Part shown: piece after piece, positions 1-12,627 of the stretch
How positions within the stretch are numbered: position 1 is the first letter of the stretch
How the letters are laid out: every line of letters begins with the position of its first letter
From: the human T2T-CHM13v2.0 reference genome, Homo sapiens
Assembly: GCA_009914755.4 (NCBI GenBank)
Contig: CP086569.2
Coordinates: 9,920,001 to 9,984,000 of the forward strand
Direction of reading: 5' to 3'
DNA length: 64,000 nucleotides
The notes under the pieces: generated by a model
What the model was told of the DNA's origin: nothing
The model's input: the letters and a program-made list of their open reading frames with translations, nothing else
Database searches by the model: none
Translations under genes and position numbers: made by a program

Positions 1-67
1 GTAAGAACTTCCACTTGGATGTTCAGAATGATCTCTACCACGGGCCTCACCATAGCCATCCTGATCA
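1..67 (-). pseudogene. RBMY-like C-terminal exon fragment (SDQDGYGEARGRDHSEHPSGSSY), partial
   Basis: Matches RBMY [23 protein letters not shown]. A tttag acceptor lies at 68-72. The exon continues beyond the window edge. Confidence 0.7.
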
Positions 68-152
68 CTAAATTGGAAAAAAAAAGTTTTCTTAATGCTA
101 GAATAAACAATTTAAGAAATCTATTTGACAAATCTGGAAAACCTTATAGTAC

Positions 153-263
153 CTATATTCTCTAGAGGAATGTTCAACCTGAATAGAATGACCATAATCA
201 TGGTATGCATAGTCTCTAAGTGGTGGAGCATAATCCCTGGTTTCTGGGGAACTTGGATGATTT
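153..263 (-). pseudogene. RBMY-like SRGY-box exon of 111 nt ([36 protein letters not shown])
   Basis: Matches the RBMY SRGY box [38 protein letters not shown] cacacag acceptor and a GTACTA donor are present. Only one SRGY box was found in this copy. Confidence 0.75.
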
Positions 264-1129
264 CTGTGTGCATAAGTTTAAGCTAAACAAATTTTAAATT
301 TTCAACTTCTAGTATCCAAAACATAACTAACTTACAACTTAAACAAAATTAAAAGGCCAAACATCTAAATAGATATTTCTCCATATAAAATAGACACCTG
401 AAAAGCACATGGAACAGATACTCATAATCAGTCATACAGAAAACGCATTTCAAATCCCAAATGAGATACCATACTTCACACACACACTGGAATGGCAATA
501 AATTTTAAAAAGCAGGAAATAACAAGTGTTTGATAGGATGTAAATAAATTGGAACCCTGATACAATGCTAGTTGGAATGGAAAATGATGCAGCTACTATG
601 GAGAAATGTGGTGGTTCCTCAAGAAAACAAACATAATTATCACAGGACCAAGCAATTCCACTCACATACACCCAGAATTGAATAAGCATACTCAAACAAA
701 TATTAGTGCGTAGAAATACTGCCATGGAAACAACCCAAATAAAATAATGGGTTAACAGCTTGTGGAAGGAGTAAAGTGCTGTGATGTAAATGAATCTTCA
801 GGACATCACAGATGTGAAAAGTGTGTAGTGTTTGAGCCCATTAACATTAAATGCTCCCAACCAGGGGTTCAGAGTTAGAACACAGATTGGTGTTTGCTAG
901 CAGCTGAGGAAAGGGAAAAAATGGAAGGGACTGCTTAACTGGTAGTTGGAGGTTTATTTTGGAGTGATGAAAATGTTTTGGAACTCGATGGAGGTAGTTG
1001 GTGTGTGACACAGAATGTATTAAATGCCACTTAACTGTTTACCTTATAATGTTTAATTTTGTTATGTGAATTTCATCACCACAAAAACAATCAACTGTTT
1101 TTTAAAAATTTTTCCTTTACCCATCCTTA

Positions 1130-1235
1130 GTTGCATAACCGTCATCTCTTGGTGACATATGGTTATTTGCCAGGAAGAGATTGGCTTTCTGCATGGAGGA
1201 CCTCCATAATTCTCTCTTCCATATGATATGGGACC
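1130..1235 (-). pseudogene. RBMY-like exon 5 (GPISYGRENYGGPPCRKPISSWQ, then a frameshift, then NNHMSPRDDGYATKDG)
   Basis: Matches RBMY [39 protein letters not shown]. Copy 1 lacks 1 bp relative to copy 2, reading tggcaaataacc against tggagaaatgacc. This shifts the frame. A GTAAAGG donor is present. Confidence 0.7.
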
Positions 1236-2327
1236 TTTAATATTAAAAATGATGGAACATTATGAAAAGAACACTATTTTCTGAAACACTATTTTCTCTT
1301 CTCTCAAGCAACTTTTTAAAATTATTTCTTCTATGTCTCCATTCCTCATTCCTTAAATCGCTAGACAGTCATGATACTGTGAATATTTCTTATGGCTTTG
1401 GATAATCTCATGGCTCCTGCAAGGCCAATTCTTCTAAGGAAGCTGAAGCCAAACATTAATTCATAGGTAAAAGTTCATTTGTAATGGTTAATAACTACTT
1501 AGTTATTATTTTCCTTTTTCCTTAGTTATTATTTTCCTTTTCATATGAATTACTGATTACTACTAATGGCACATGGACAAATGTAAAACCATCAAACTCT
1601 TCACTGATTTTAAAGTTTATGTACATTGTCCTTTCTCAGCTGAAGAAGGTAAATTTTCCCTTGTTTACTTCATCTCACACACAAACACTGCCACCTTTGA
1701 ACAACTCCATGCTAAATTTTTACATAAAAGTTCTCCTTTATCTCTAAGTGGTTGGCTTTATTTTAAATGTTGACAAATTAAAATGTACTAGAGAAGATAT
1801 TCTAATGATGGCCAAGATTTATTTTATTGCAATAAGCAATTCTATTAAAGGGGAGATTACAACATTGTTGCTATTTCAAAATAGAAAAGGTTCTCCTGTA
1901 ATATACTCTTCATGTGCTATTTCTTAGAGGTCAGTCTTTCACCTATGATATGTTCACTGGCTAATTTTCCAATGGAAATATGTTGGCTTATGTATCTTGA
2001 AGTTGATAAATACCTAACTTCACCAATACTCTACATATGAAATGTAAAGTTGAAAATGGCAGTTTTCAATTTCCTCCATATTGGGATGGAGGACTAAATA
2101 AGAATTTTAATTAGTTCTGCTTAAGCTTCTTTACTAGGAAATTTAATTTATTGTCTTGCTTTCTTCTGTACAGTCTGCAATCTTACAATTTTCCTTCTCA
2201 AAATATTACTTCTATTCAGTCCTACCGCTCACATCATATTGCTTAGTTCTAAATTCTCTCCTCAAACAATTTCACTTCTTGCACTAAGGATCTTGTGTTA
2301 ATGTTTAAACATCCAGGTACAATCTCC

Positions 2328-2852
2328 TTTTTTTCTTTATTATTATTATTATTATTATTATTATACTTTAAGTTTTAGGGTACATGTGCACAATATGCAG
2401 GTTAGTTACATATGTATACATGTGCCATGCTGGTGTGCTGCACCCATTAACTCGTCATTTAGCATTAGGTATATCTCCTAATGCTAACCCACCCACCTCC
2501 CTCCCCCCACCCCACAACAGTCCCCAGAGTGTGATGTTCCCCTTCCTGTGTCCATGTGTTCTCCTTGTTCAATTCCCATCTATGAGTGAGAACATGTGGT
2601 GTTTGGTTTTTAGTCCTTGTGATAGTTTACTGAGAATGATGATTTCCAATTTCATCCATGTCCCTACAAAGGACATGAACTCATCATTTTTTATGGCTGC
2701 ATAGTATTCCATGGTGTATATGTGCCACATTTTTTTAATCCAGTCTATCATTTTTTGACATTTGGGTTGATTTCAAGTCTTTGCTATTGTGAATAGTGCC
2801 ACAATAAACATACGTGTGCATGTGTCTTTATAACAGCATGATTTATAGTCCT
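2328..2852 (-). mobile_element. L1 3' end fragment flanked by a 12-bp target-site duplication
   Basis: This is the reverse complement of the L1PA 3' UTR and ORF2 end. A (TTA)n tail lies at 2338-2366. The TSD caggtacaatct lies at 2314-2325 and 2853-2864. The element is absent from the homologous position in copy 2. Confidence 0.85.
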
Positions 2853-3099
2853 TCAGGTACAATCTTAATTATTGATTTCACTTCCCCTTATATTTCACAA
2901 CTCTGCACTACTGTGATATCCAGTTAATTTACGAATATTGGACTCCTTCATGTCTACCTTTCAAGCCTTAAATTTATATTTAAAAAATATTTAAACCCAG
3001 GGATGCCTTTTCTGCCCAATGCTCTTGTATTTCTTTTGAGTCTTTATATAAGCTGTAAGAATGCCTTGTACATAAGCATTATTGAATTCTCAGAAGCTG

Positions 3100-3395
3100 G
3101 ATGGCCATGCTCAGCGGCTCACACTATGAGCTAGTGTGGAAGGTTGAGGCAGATGGACTGCTTGATCCCTGGGCTTTAAGGTCAGTTTTGACAATATAGT
3201 GAGATCCTCTCTCTACAAAAATACAGGAAAAAAATTTTTGCTAGGTGTGGTGGTGCATGCTGGTGGTTGCAGAAACTCTGAAGGCTGAAACGGGAAAATT
3301 AGTTGAGTCCAGGAATTTGAGGCTGTAGTAAGCCATCATCTCACCTATGCACTCTGACCTCGTAAGAGCAAGACTCCAATCCAACAAACAAATGT
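3100..3395 (+). mobile_element. Alu, older and diverged
   Basis: The right arm reads ..gctaggtgtggtggtgcatgctggtggttgcag..aggctgtagtaagccatcatctcacctatgcactc. An inverted counterpart lies at 56045-56320 in copy 2. Confidence 0.7.
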
Positions 3396-3789
3396 AACAA
3401 GCAATTTTTAGATTGGGACACCAGGGGACCATTACCAGGGGACCTAGAAAATGGAAGAATTCATTAGATGAAGAAACCTACCATCAAAGAATACTTCTAG
3501 GAGCTTTTAGAAAAATTAAGATGAATCTGCTAGCAACACAGGATGAAAAGGAATGTCAGCCTCAATCCAATCACTTCGTCGATCTGCAATGAGAGGCTCA
3601 AGTATATTTTCACCATAAATCTGAAATGTACTTAGTGAGATAGAAACTATAATAAAAGTTATCGATCTGTAATTATGCCCATGTATGTGTCACTTCTCTT
3701 GTTTGATGAACTTAAAATTAAGCAGACAGGTAAAATAACTCATTTTTATTCATACAAAAAATACAGTCTTTTTATCAGGTAGCATTTAC

Positions 3790-3936
3790 CTTGGCCTCCC
3801 ATCCGACTATTGCTTCTTGTCACAGGAGCAGATTTTGTAGGAGGAGGACCTCCATTTCTTGAAGATGGACTTCTTTTAATTGGAATGGGTCCCCTAGAAG
3901 AACTCATGTTGAAATCAAGAGTGTATCCACCATCAT
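3790..3936 (-). pseudogene. RBMY-like exon 4 ([48 protein letters not shown])
   Basis: Matches RBMY [51 protein letters not shown] and [43 protein letters not shown] donor is present. No AG acceptor is visible upstream: the sequence reads cacatgATGG. Confidence 0.75.
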
Positions 3937-4814
3937 GTGTATTTCAAACAAAATCTTTTTAGTTGACTAACATCACTGTTTCTTAAATGGCTAAGTTTTG
4001 GTTGTTTATAAAGGTTTTCTACATATTAAAATCTTACAAATTCATATTTATCTAAACTAATAAAATTAACATTTCTATATGAAATTAGTGCAATTCATGC
4101 AATAAAAGTCCATTTAGAAAATCTAGAAAGAAACTCAAGAATCATAATATGTTGGTGAGAGACAGAGATGTGGGAAAAGTGGGAAGTGAACACAGAGCAG
4201 AAATCTATCAGTAAAATATCTAAGTATAATATACATAAAAATACTAAAAGAAAAATGAAAAATGACTGTTTATATCATTCTGTTATGAGGAAAAATTTTC
4301 AAAGCATATCATAAACTAAATTCCATTCAAAGAAATTTAAATATTTACAATATCAAAACGTGACACATCAGGAAAATACATTATCACTAAAAATTGTTAA
4401 TATAATATAGAATTCTTACGATTCTCTTACAAAACACTAATCTTCAGATTAGACTATGCTAAATTTTAATAATCTTTAAGAATTGCACATTGAATAATAT
4501 ATAAATATTTTTATATATCTACCAAAAATGTAGATATATTCCAATTTCCAGGTGGTGTTTCAGGTTAGACTATGCACATTCTCCTTCATGGCAGAGTATT
4601 ATTTAACCTCACCCTCAAGACGAATAGAGACAAAGTAACCATGAAGCTATACATCTTAAAATGGAGCAAACACTGTAATTTCAACTTTTTAAAAAATCTC
4701 CAATTAATTATACATCTGGTTATTAAAACTCAAACTTAAATGTTAGATTTTTGAAGCTTGGTTAATACATAATACAAGTTAACCAATAGGCTTGTTTGTT
4801 TGTTTATTTATATA

Positions 4815-5105
4815 TTTATTTATTGAGAAGGACTCTTGCCCTGTCCCCCAGGCTGGAGTGCAATGGTGTGATCTCAGCTCACTGTAGTTTCTGCCTCCCA
4901 GGTTCCGGCAATTTTCCTGCCTCAGCCCCCTGAGTAGCTGAGATTACAGGTGTACACCACCGCACCAGGATAATTTTTTGTATCTTTGGGAGAGACAGGG
5001 TTTCACCATGTTAGCCAGGCTGGTCTGGAACTCCTGACCTCTTGGTCCACCCGCCCCATATTCCCCAAGTGCTGAGATGACTGGCGTGAGCCACCTTGCC
5101 CACCC
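4815..5105 (-). mobile_element. Alu
   Basis: The reverse-complement Alu reads gagacagggtttcaccatgttagccaggctggtct. A counterpart lies at 54925-55215 in copy 2. Confidence 0.85.
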
Positions 5106-5852
5106 CATCTAATAGTTTTTTTTTCTTTTTTTAAATACGTGGTTTGTTTTTCTTTTTTATGTAAAAATTGACCCCTGATTTCTATTGTGTAAATCACAAA
5201 TAAATATCATTTTCAGTGATTAACCCTCCAGCAAAGAAAGAAACATACATATCTGTGAAGCAGTGGTGTTTAGACCTTTCCAGAGTAGCAGACTCTTTTC
5301 AGAAATTAAATTTCTGCATTTCTTAAATTGAAAATGCTTTATGGCAGGCCAATGTACAAACTCCCTGTATCGAAATTACAAAGCAATAGATTTGCTTAGA
5401 TATTTGCACATGTATACATAAATAAAACAAATACTGCAAAATCAATCTTAAATACTGAGTTACTTTTTTCCTGTTGGAAAGTTTTAAATATTCCATCATA
5501 TTTTGATAATACAACTGATATGAAGTTCTGGGCCTCAAATTAGAAAACTCTAAAGTATAATGAATATAAATGAATTCTGCAGAAAACCTGTTGAGTACAG
5601 GCAATCAGCATTCATAAACTCAGTTCAGTTTAAAATTTGTGTTATTTTAATGCAAAGTTATTACAATGTTAAAACAAATTTTAGATATTAGTTTAATCGT
5701 TCTTATAATACACTTTAGTACTTAGAAATAATTTTGCTTATCATGTTAATTTTCTGTTCATAAAGGAAATAAAAAAAATTGAGAAATTCCAGTATCTTCA
5801 AACTTATTTTCTTTCAGTCCTATGGTTCCATCTTTATATTTTAAAACATTAC

Positions 5853-6027
5853 CCACGTGTCCTTCATGTGAGGGAAGCCACCCTCTTGTTCCTCCACTAC
5901 TTCCTCTTGCAGATCTCACACTTCCTGAAGGGCTTCTGTTTCTTGAAGGTGGTGGTCTCCACCTACCACCACTTTGAAAAGATAGTTTTTGGCTTTGTTC
6001 TACTTTTATTGCCTTTCCATCAAAAGA
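5853..6027 (-). pseudogene. RBMY-like exon 3 ([58 protein letters not shown])
   Basis: Matches [62 protein letters not shown] cttttag acceptor and a GTAATG donor are present. Confidence 0.8.
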
Positions 6028-7084
6028 CTAAAAGTATTAAGGGTACTATCAATAACATTGGCACGTTTAACCTAAGCACATTTTACTAACAGTTTTACAT
6101 CAACTATAATTCAATTCTATATATTTTCACCCAAAACAACCTTTTTTTCTCCTAAAATGAACACATCTTTCTCAATGCCAAATTTGAGATATTTACTGAG
6201 CACATGCCTTCCATTATGGAACCAAACACAAATGTTATTATTCAAATTCCTTGAAAACTCCTCCATTATTAAAACAAAAACACCTCAAACAAAAAAAGAT
6301 TAACCTATCACACATTCTATGAAATAATGTGGCACATTTATAATCCACTTCATCTTTGTATTCACAACACTGATTTAAAACTTTCAGTGTCGCAGTGAAA
6401 CTTGTGTCATTTAAAAAAGTGAGGTTACCTATTCAAAGTGATTAGTCACATTATTCATTATGAGTTGTTTCTTGTTTGATCTGCTAATACTTACATAAAA
6501 TACCCCCATATGATTTACAATTATATATTTACTCTAGAAATGTTTCTATAAATATGATCCTTGTTTGGTCTTATTAAGGTTTCTTGCCTTACTCATTTCT
6601 TATTTTGTCTTAGACTTGTCCATAAAAAATGACTCTTAATACAGTACTCCATGTAATTTCTCAGAAATCCTTAAATGTTCTAATTAATTTCACAATAACA
6701 TTTTTCAGTGTACTCTTTTCTGTAGGCCACTCTAATTTTTGAAAACAGCTCAGCTAAGAACTTGATTTAAAAACTGCATGGCTTTTGTTATTTGGGGGAA
6801 GATATTAAATACCTTATAGGACCTTTTGCAGCCACATCGCCAGTTGCTCCTACCATGGAACTTTTTTTGTTATTTCTGGGCCCAAAATATTTTCCCTAGA
6901 TTTCTGCATGGCTGCTTCCTTCCCAGTGTTCCAAAGTCATCCAAAATTCCTTAAACTGTTAATTCCCCCTGAAAACTCTAAGAACCTCCTTTACTGGCCA
7001 TCTTAACATTTATGTGCATGTAACATTCAAATTAATTTTTACACAGTAAAATATGTGAGGGGAAGTAATTTAGAAATAACATTG

Positions 7085-7392
<308 letters not shown>

Positions 7393-7555
7393 CTACACAA
7401 ATTACCTGCTCTTGTGCTCAAAAAATAGGAGGAAAAAAGAAATTATCATAGATTACTGTGCCTAAGTCAAAATTATCTCCATACCTACCACAAAGCTATG
7501 AACCAAAAGCCACTCTCAGTTTTTACCACAGCTTAAAATACTAATTTATGAGTGA

Positions 7556-7861
<306 letters not shown>

Positions 7862-8194
7862 TTATAAGAGTGAATAAAAATGTACTTTCTTCTATGTGCC
7901 AGGAAGTGTGCTAGATGTAATAGAAATAAAAACAACTAGAAAGACTTAAATATGCACTATAGACAATTTAACAATCAATAGTTTAATACATGATACAGTG
8001 AGTATAAAATACCTACGATATGCAATGAGGAAGAAAATATGAAATTTAAGGGGTTTCTTTGAAGCATAAATTGTTATTTTTAGACATACACGGGGAAGGA
8101 TAATTCTCAAGGAGTCCAAAAAAGCATTTGGGGGATAGCATAGAGAGTAACAGGAGCTAAAAACACATTGGGATAATGTTATTTATGATTACTT

Positions 8195-8488
8195 TTTGTT
8201 TCTTTGAGACAGAGTCTCGCTATGTTGCCAGCCTGGAGTGCAGTGACTTGATCTCGGCTCACTGCAAGCTCTGCCTCTTGAGTTCAACTGATTCCCCTGC
8301 CTTGCCTCCTGAGTAGCTGGAACTACAAGTGCACACCAGCCTGACCAACTAATTTTATTGTATTTCAGTAGAGATGGGATTTCACCATGTTGGCCAGGAT
8401 GGTTTCCATCTCCTGACCTCATGATCCGTCTACCTGGACCTCCCAAAGTGCTGGAATAATAGACTTGCGCCACCACGCCCTGCCTGAC
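8195..8488 (-). mobile_element. Alu
   Basis: The reverse-complement Alu reads gagacagagtctcgctatgttgccagcctggagtgcagtg. Confidence 0.85.
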
Positions 8489-9308
8489 TGGGATAATGTT
8501 ATAAATAAAAAAAACCTCTAAAGGGCCCAGAATGGAAGGATGTTGACTACCATGTAAAAGAATTCAATAGCTAATAGAATTATATGAAAGTTTAAAGCTT
8601 TAGTAAACACACAATCCCTAGATTTAAGACTCAGTAGGACAAGAGACCATTGGTTGGATCAAAACAAGTCCTCAAACACACTGGGAAAAATGAGTTATTA
8701 GGTATTCCTGTTACATAAATCACTCTGGTGACAGGAAAAAAAAGTCCTTAGGAGAAGAGAGCAAGGATGAGGCAAAAATGCCAGTTACTTCTTCTGTTAT
8801 CCAACTTCAATGTTCTCATATTATTTTCTATTTTCAAGTACTTGACACTTCCATAAATATAAAGGTCTTATTTAAATATACTTTCTCAAAAATATATTTT
8901 CAGAAAGTGGGAGAGAATCTTTCCTTTTTGTGAGTCTGTCTAGATGTCTATCCACAGTTTGTCTATGCTCTAGGAGTATTTCCATGAATTGGATGTAATT
9001 CCATTAATAGCATTTAATAAATATTGACTTATTCCTTTCATTCACATGAGGATTCCTTCTAAGTTTTAAAGATCTTCAAAAGCTTCAAAAATCTATCTAT
9101 AGAAATAAAAACATAGAAAAAGGTTATCATATATTAATTTATATAATGTTTATTCCAATACCCTTCAAACTACACTTGCATGTATATGGCAAAAAGAAGA
9201 ACATGGCTAAAGCATTTTGGTTCAGATGGCATTTATAACCTTCAAAAGTTTAGTAATAATAAAAATACATGGAAATTCTGTTAATTGAAGAACAGCATTA
9301 GAATATTA

Positions 9309-9430
<122 letters not shown>

Positions 9431-9828
9431 TTAAAACATATGAAAACATTTTACATTTATATAATGGAATCACCAAGGTACTATCTGAAAATTACATCAA
9501 ACCAAAAAATAACTGCATTTCACATCACTGCTATGATTCTTAATACTAAGTCACCCCTATAGTCAGCCTATTTTATTCCAGTTTGTTCCTGAACTCCACA
9601 ACACATTTACTTTTCCTCATTTTCCTTTCTAAGTAGTAGGTGATCCTTACCACAAACCCTTCATCTGGTGCTATGAGATTTTCCAAATATCAAACAGAAA
9701 CTTCAAAGTAAGAATTTAAAAATGATAAAGCATTTTAGTGTATGCATACAATGAACTTTGAAAAAAATATATTTTTCAAAACATATAACATATTTTAAAT
9801 ATACATATTGAAGTATACCTATGAAAAT

Positions 9829-9853
9829 ACACACACACACACACACACACACA
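9829..9853. repeat. (AC)12 microsatellite in the first intron of RBMY-like copy 1
   Basis: Read directly from the sequence. Confidence 0.95.
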
Positions 9854-9859
9854 GTTTTA

Positions 9860-10300
<441 letters not shown>

Positions 10301-10329
10301 ATCTATGAGGTACAGTGTGATATTTTGTG

Positions 10330-10473
10330 TATTTTTTTTTCTTGAGATGTATATCTCTTGTGGCCAGAGTGCACTATTTACTGCAGCCTCCTCCACCCCA
10401 CCTCAACTATCCTCCCACATCTCAGCTTCCCAAATAGCTGGAACTACAGGGGCTTTCTACCAGAGATGGGCAA

Positions 10474-10514
<41 letters not shown>

Positions 10515-10635
10515 AATAGACACTGGTTACCCCATATTGCCCAAACCCTCCAAATCCTGGGCTCAAGTGATCTGCTGTCTTGGGACTACCAAAGTTATGG
10601 GATTTCAAGGGTGAACCACCACACCCAGAATGATA
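10330..10635 (-). mobile_element. Alu, old, with an internal (GT)n expansion
   Basis: An Alu-like reverse complement with a (GT)18 at 10477-10513 inside it. Confidence 0.6.
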
Positions 10636-11879
10636 TTTGGATAAAAGATTAAATCAAGCTAATTAAAATGTTCTTAGGGGGGAACACTTTAAATAGTTTA
10701 CCATCTTTTAGTAATTTGAAATATACAATAGGTTAAGGATTCCCAAATCTTGGTCTTCAACCTGTACCTGTCTGTGGCCTGAATGTAATGCCTGAGGATG
10801 ACCTGTAATACCTGTCTGTGGAGAATGTAAAGCTTGAGGATGACCTGAAGTAGTATAGTTTTATCCAGAAACCATCCTCCCTATTCCCCTGCTGCCCCAC
10901 CCTGTCCCTGTGACAGCCCCGCTGCCCCACCCGCCCTCTGTCACACTGCTCCCACTGGAAGCCCAGCCCCACCACGTGCCCCTCCGGGCCCTGCTGCCAG
11001 CCCCCACTGCCAAAGGTGTCCACCTTGCCACCTTCTTCCCCTGTGTAACCCTTGTCTGAGGAAAAACTGTCTCCCACTAAACTGATCCCCATTGCAAAAA
11101 TGGCAATATATTAAAGGAGCCCTTTATGTTACCCAGGCTGGTCTCCAACTCCTGACCTCAAACCATCCTCACACCTCCTCTTCCCAAAATGGCAGGTTTA
11201 CAAGAGTAAGTCAGTGTGCCAGGTTAATAGAATAACTTAAGCGCATTTATTTTGTTCCCGTTTTAGGCTATCTAACTCCATTTATCTTGATTACATCCAC
11301 TTACTTAGTTTAAATTATTTACGCTGCCAGAGATACCTGAAACATGTTTCAAATACTGTCATGCAAGGAAGAAGACAATTACAGTTTTTACAGAGGCAAA
11401 TTTAAACTGAGATTATTTATGGCCCCACATTTCTACATACATGAAAGTCACACAATTTATGTCAAAATTTGATAATTCCTTCCAAGCAAATCAGACATGT
11501 GACATGTGCTGACGAAAAGTATAAGTTTTTAATTGCAGTGGTTAAGTATATTGCCTGTATTTTGAATGATGAGCACATTTCACAGTGAAAAACTACTTTA
11601 ATATAAAGTGCACATGAAAACAATGTCACCTTAGCACCATCTCCCGCAACTTGCCCACCTGTCGGACATATCCAACAGTTAAAGGTAGAATCCTCAAGAA
11701 GAATCAGTGAGTTTAACAAAAATGAGTTAATAGTACTAAGGAGTTCTTTCCCTATTGTCTCCTCCCACAATTCAACACCCGCACATGGAAAACCCATCCC
11801 CTTTTACAGACAAAATCCCAAAAGTTTGCTTTCTATTCTTGCCGAGAGACCAACCTGTCCAGAGAAACAGAAAGTGGAG

Positions 11880-12470
11880 GTGCTTTTCAGTAGGACAAAC
11901 AGCCTCAGGATCCGGGCCTCTGGTCCTATGCATCCTGTTTTGGGACACTACAGGGCCAACTGCAGGAAGGACACCTGGAGCTGGCCTGAGCTGGAAGGAC
12001 GGGAGAAACCATTCCCGGAAATCCTGCCTACCTCCAGTGGCCAATCATTGCAAGGGCGGTGGGCATCGGCCAATTATTGCGAGGGCTGTAGGTGTCTCCC
12101 GAGGTGCCCCGCCCCTTCCTGTCCCACAGCTCCAGCCTCCCCTGGTAAGCATCCCCTGAGAAGCTGCTTGTGCCGCGCGGCGGTGGATTCATTCACACGC
12201 GGACTGTGAGCCGTTTGGAATTGTGGGCATGGAAGGCCTACACCCTAACTGGCATGCTGAGTGTGGCAAAACATTGATCCACAGGGAACACATGAAACAC
12301 CTCACTTCATTAGGCAGGCTAGGCTGATGGTACTGAATATTGCAGATCCAGAGGAGAGAGAGAGGGACCAGAGCCGCCTGCTAGGGCGAGGGCAGCAGTG
12401 GTGGCTAGGGGGCGGTTGGGCAGGGCTGGTACGTGGGAGGAAAGTCGACTGGTACATTGCTGGGGTGGAT
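11880..12470 (-). pseudogene. TSPY-like 5' fragment (5' flank plus start of exon 1), head-to-head with the TSPY-like pseudogene at 12628
   Basis: Homologous, in the same plus-strand orientation, to 29300-29880. In that other block the segment carries the TSPY-like ATG and upstream flank on the minus strand. Confidence 0.5.
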
Positions 12471-12627
12471 TTCATCTGCACCAGAAGCCAAAACCCCACA
12501 AGGACTCTCAGGTCTAGGCAAATGCAGACTCCGAATTCCACACTTCCTCCCTGAGGATACTCTACTCACAGGGGCATTCCAAAGGACCTCTCATCCTGTG
12601 CCCTGGGCACACGGGAGGCCAGCCGCC

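Noticed and set aside
1381-1445. Segment translating loosely like an SRGY box (EP*DYPKP..), with a twin at 57440-57500
   Set aside because: It lies 5' of the RENYG exon in both copies, where no SRGY box belongs. It is shared intronic homology between the two RBMY arms and not an exon.
10757-11092. 111-aa minus-strand ORF and a 44-bp tandem duplication (10760-10850) next to a GC-rich CCCCAC-rich stretch
   Set aside because: It is low-complexity or GC-rich sequence with no homology I can recognise. The ORF is most likely a composition artefact.
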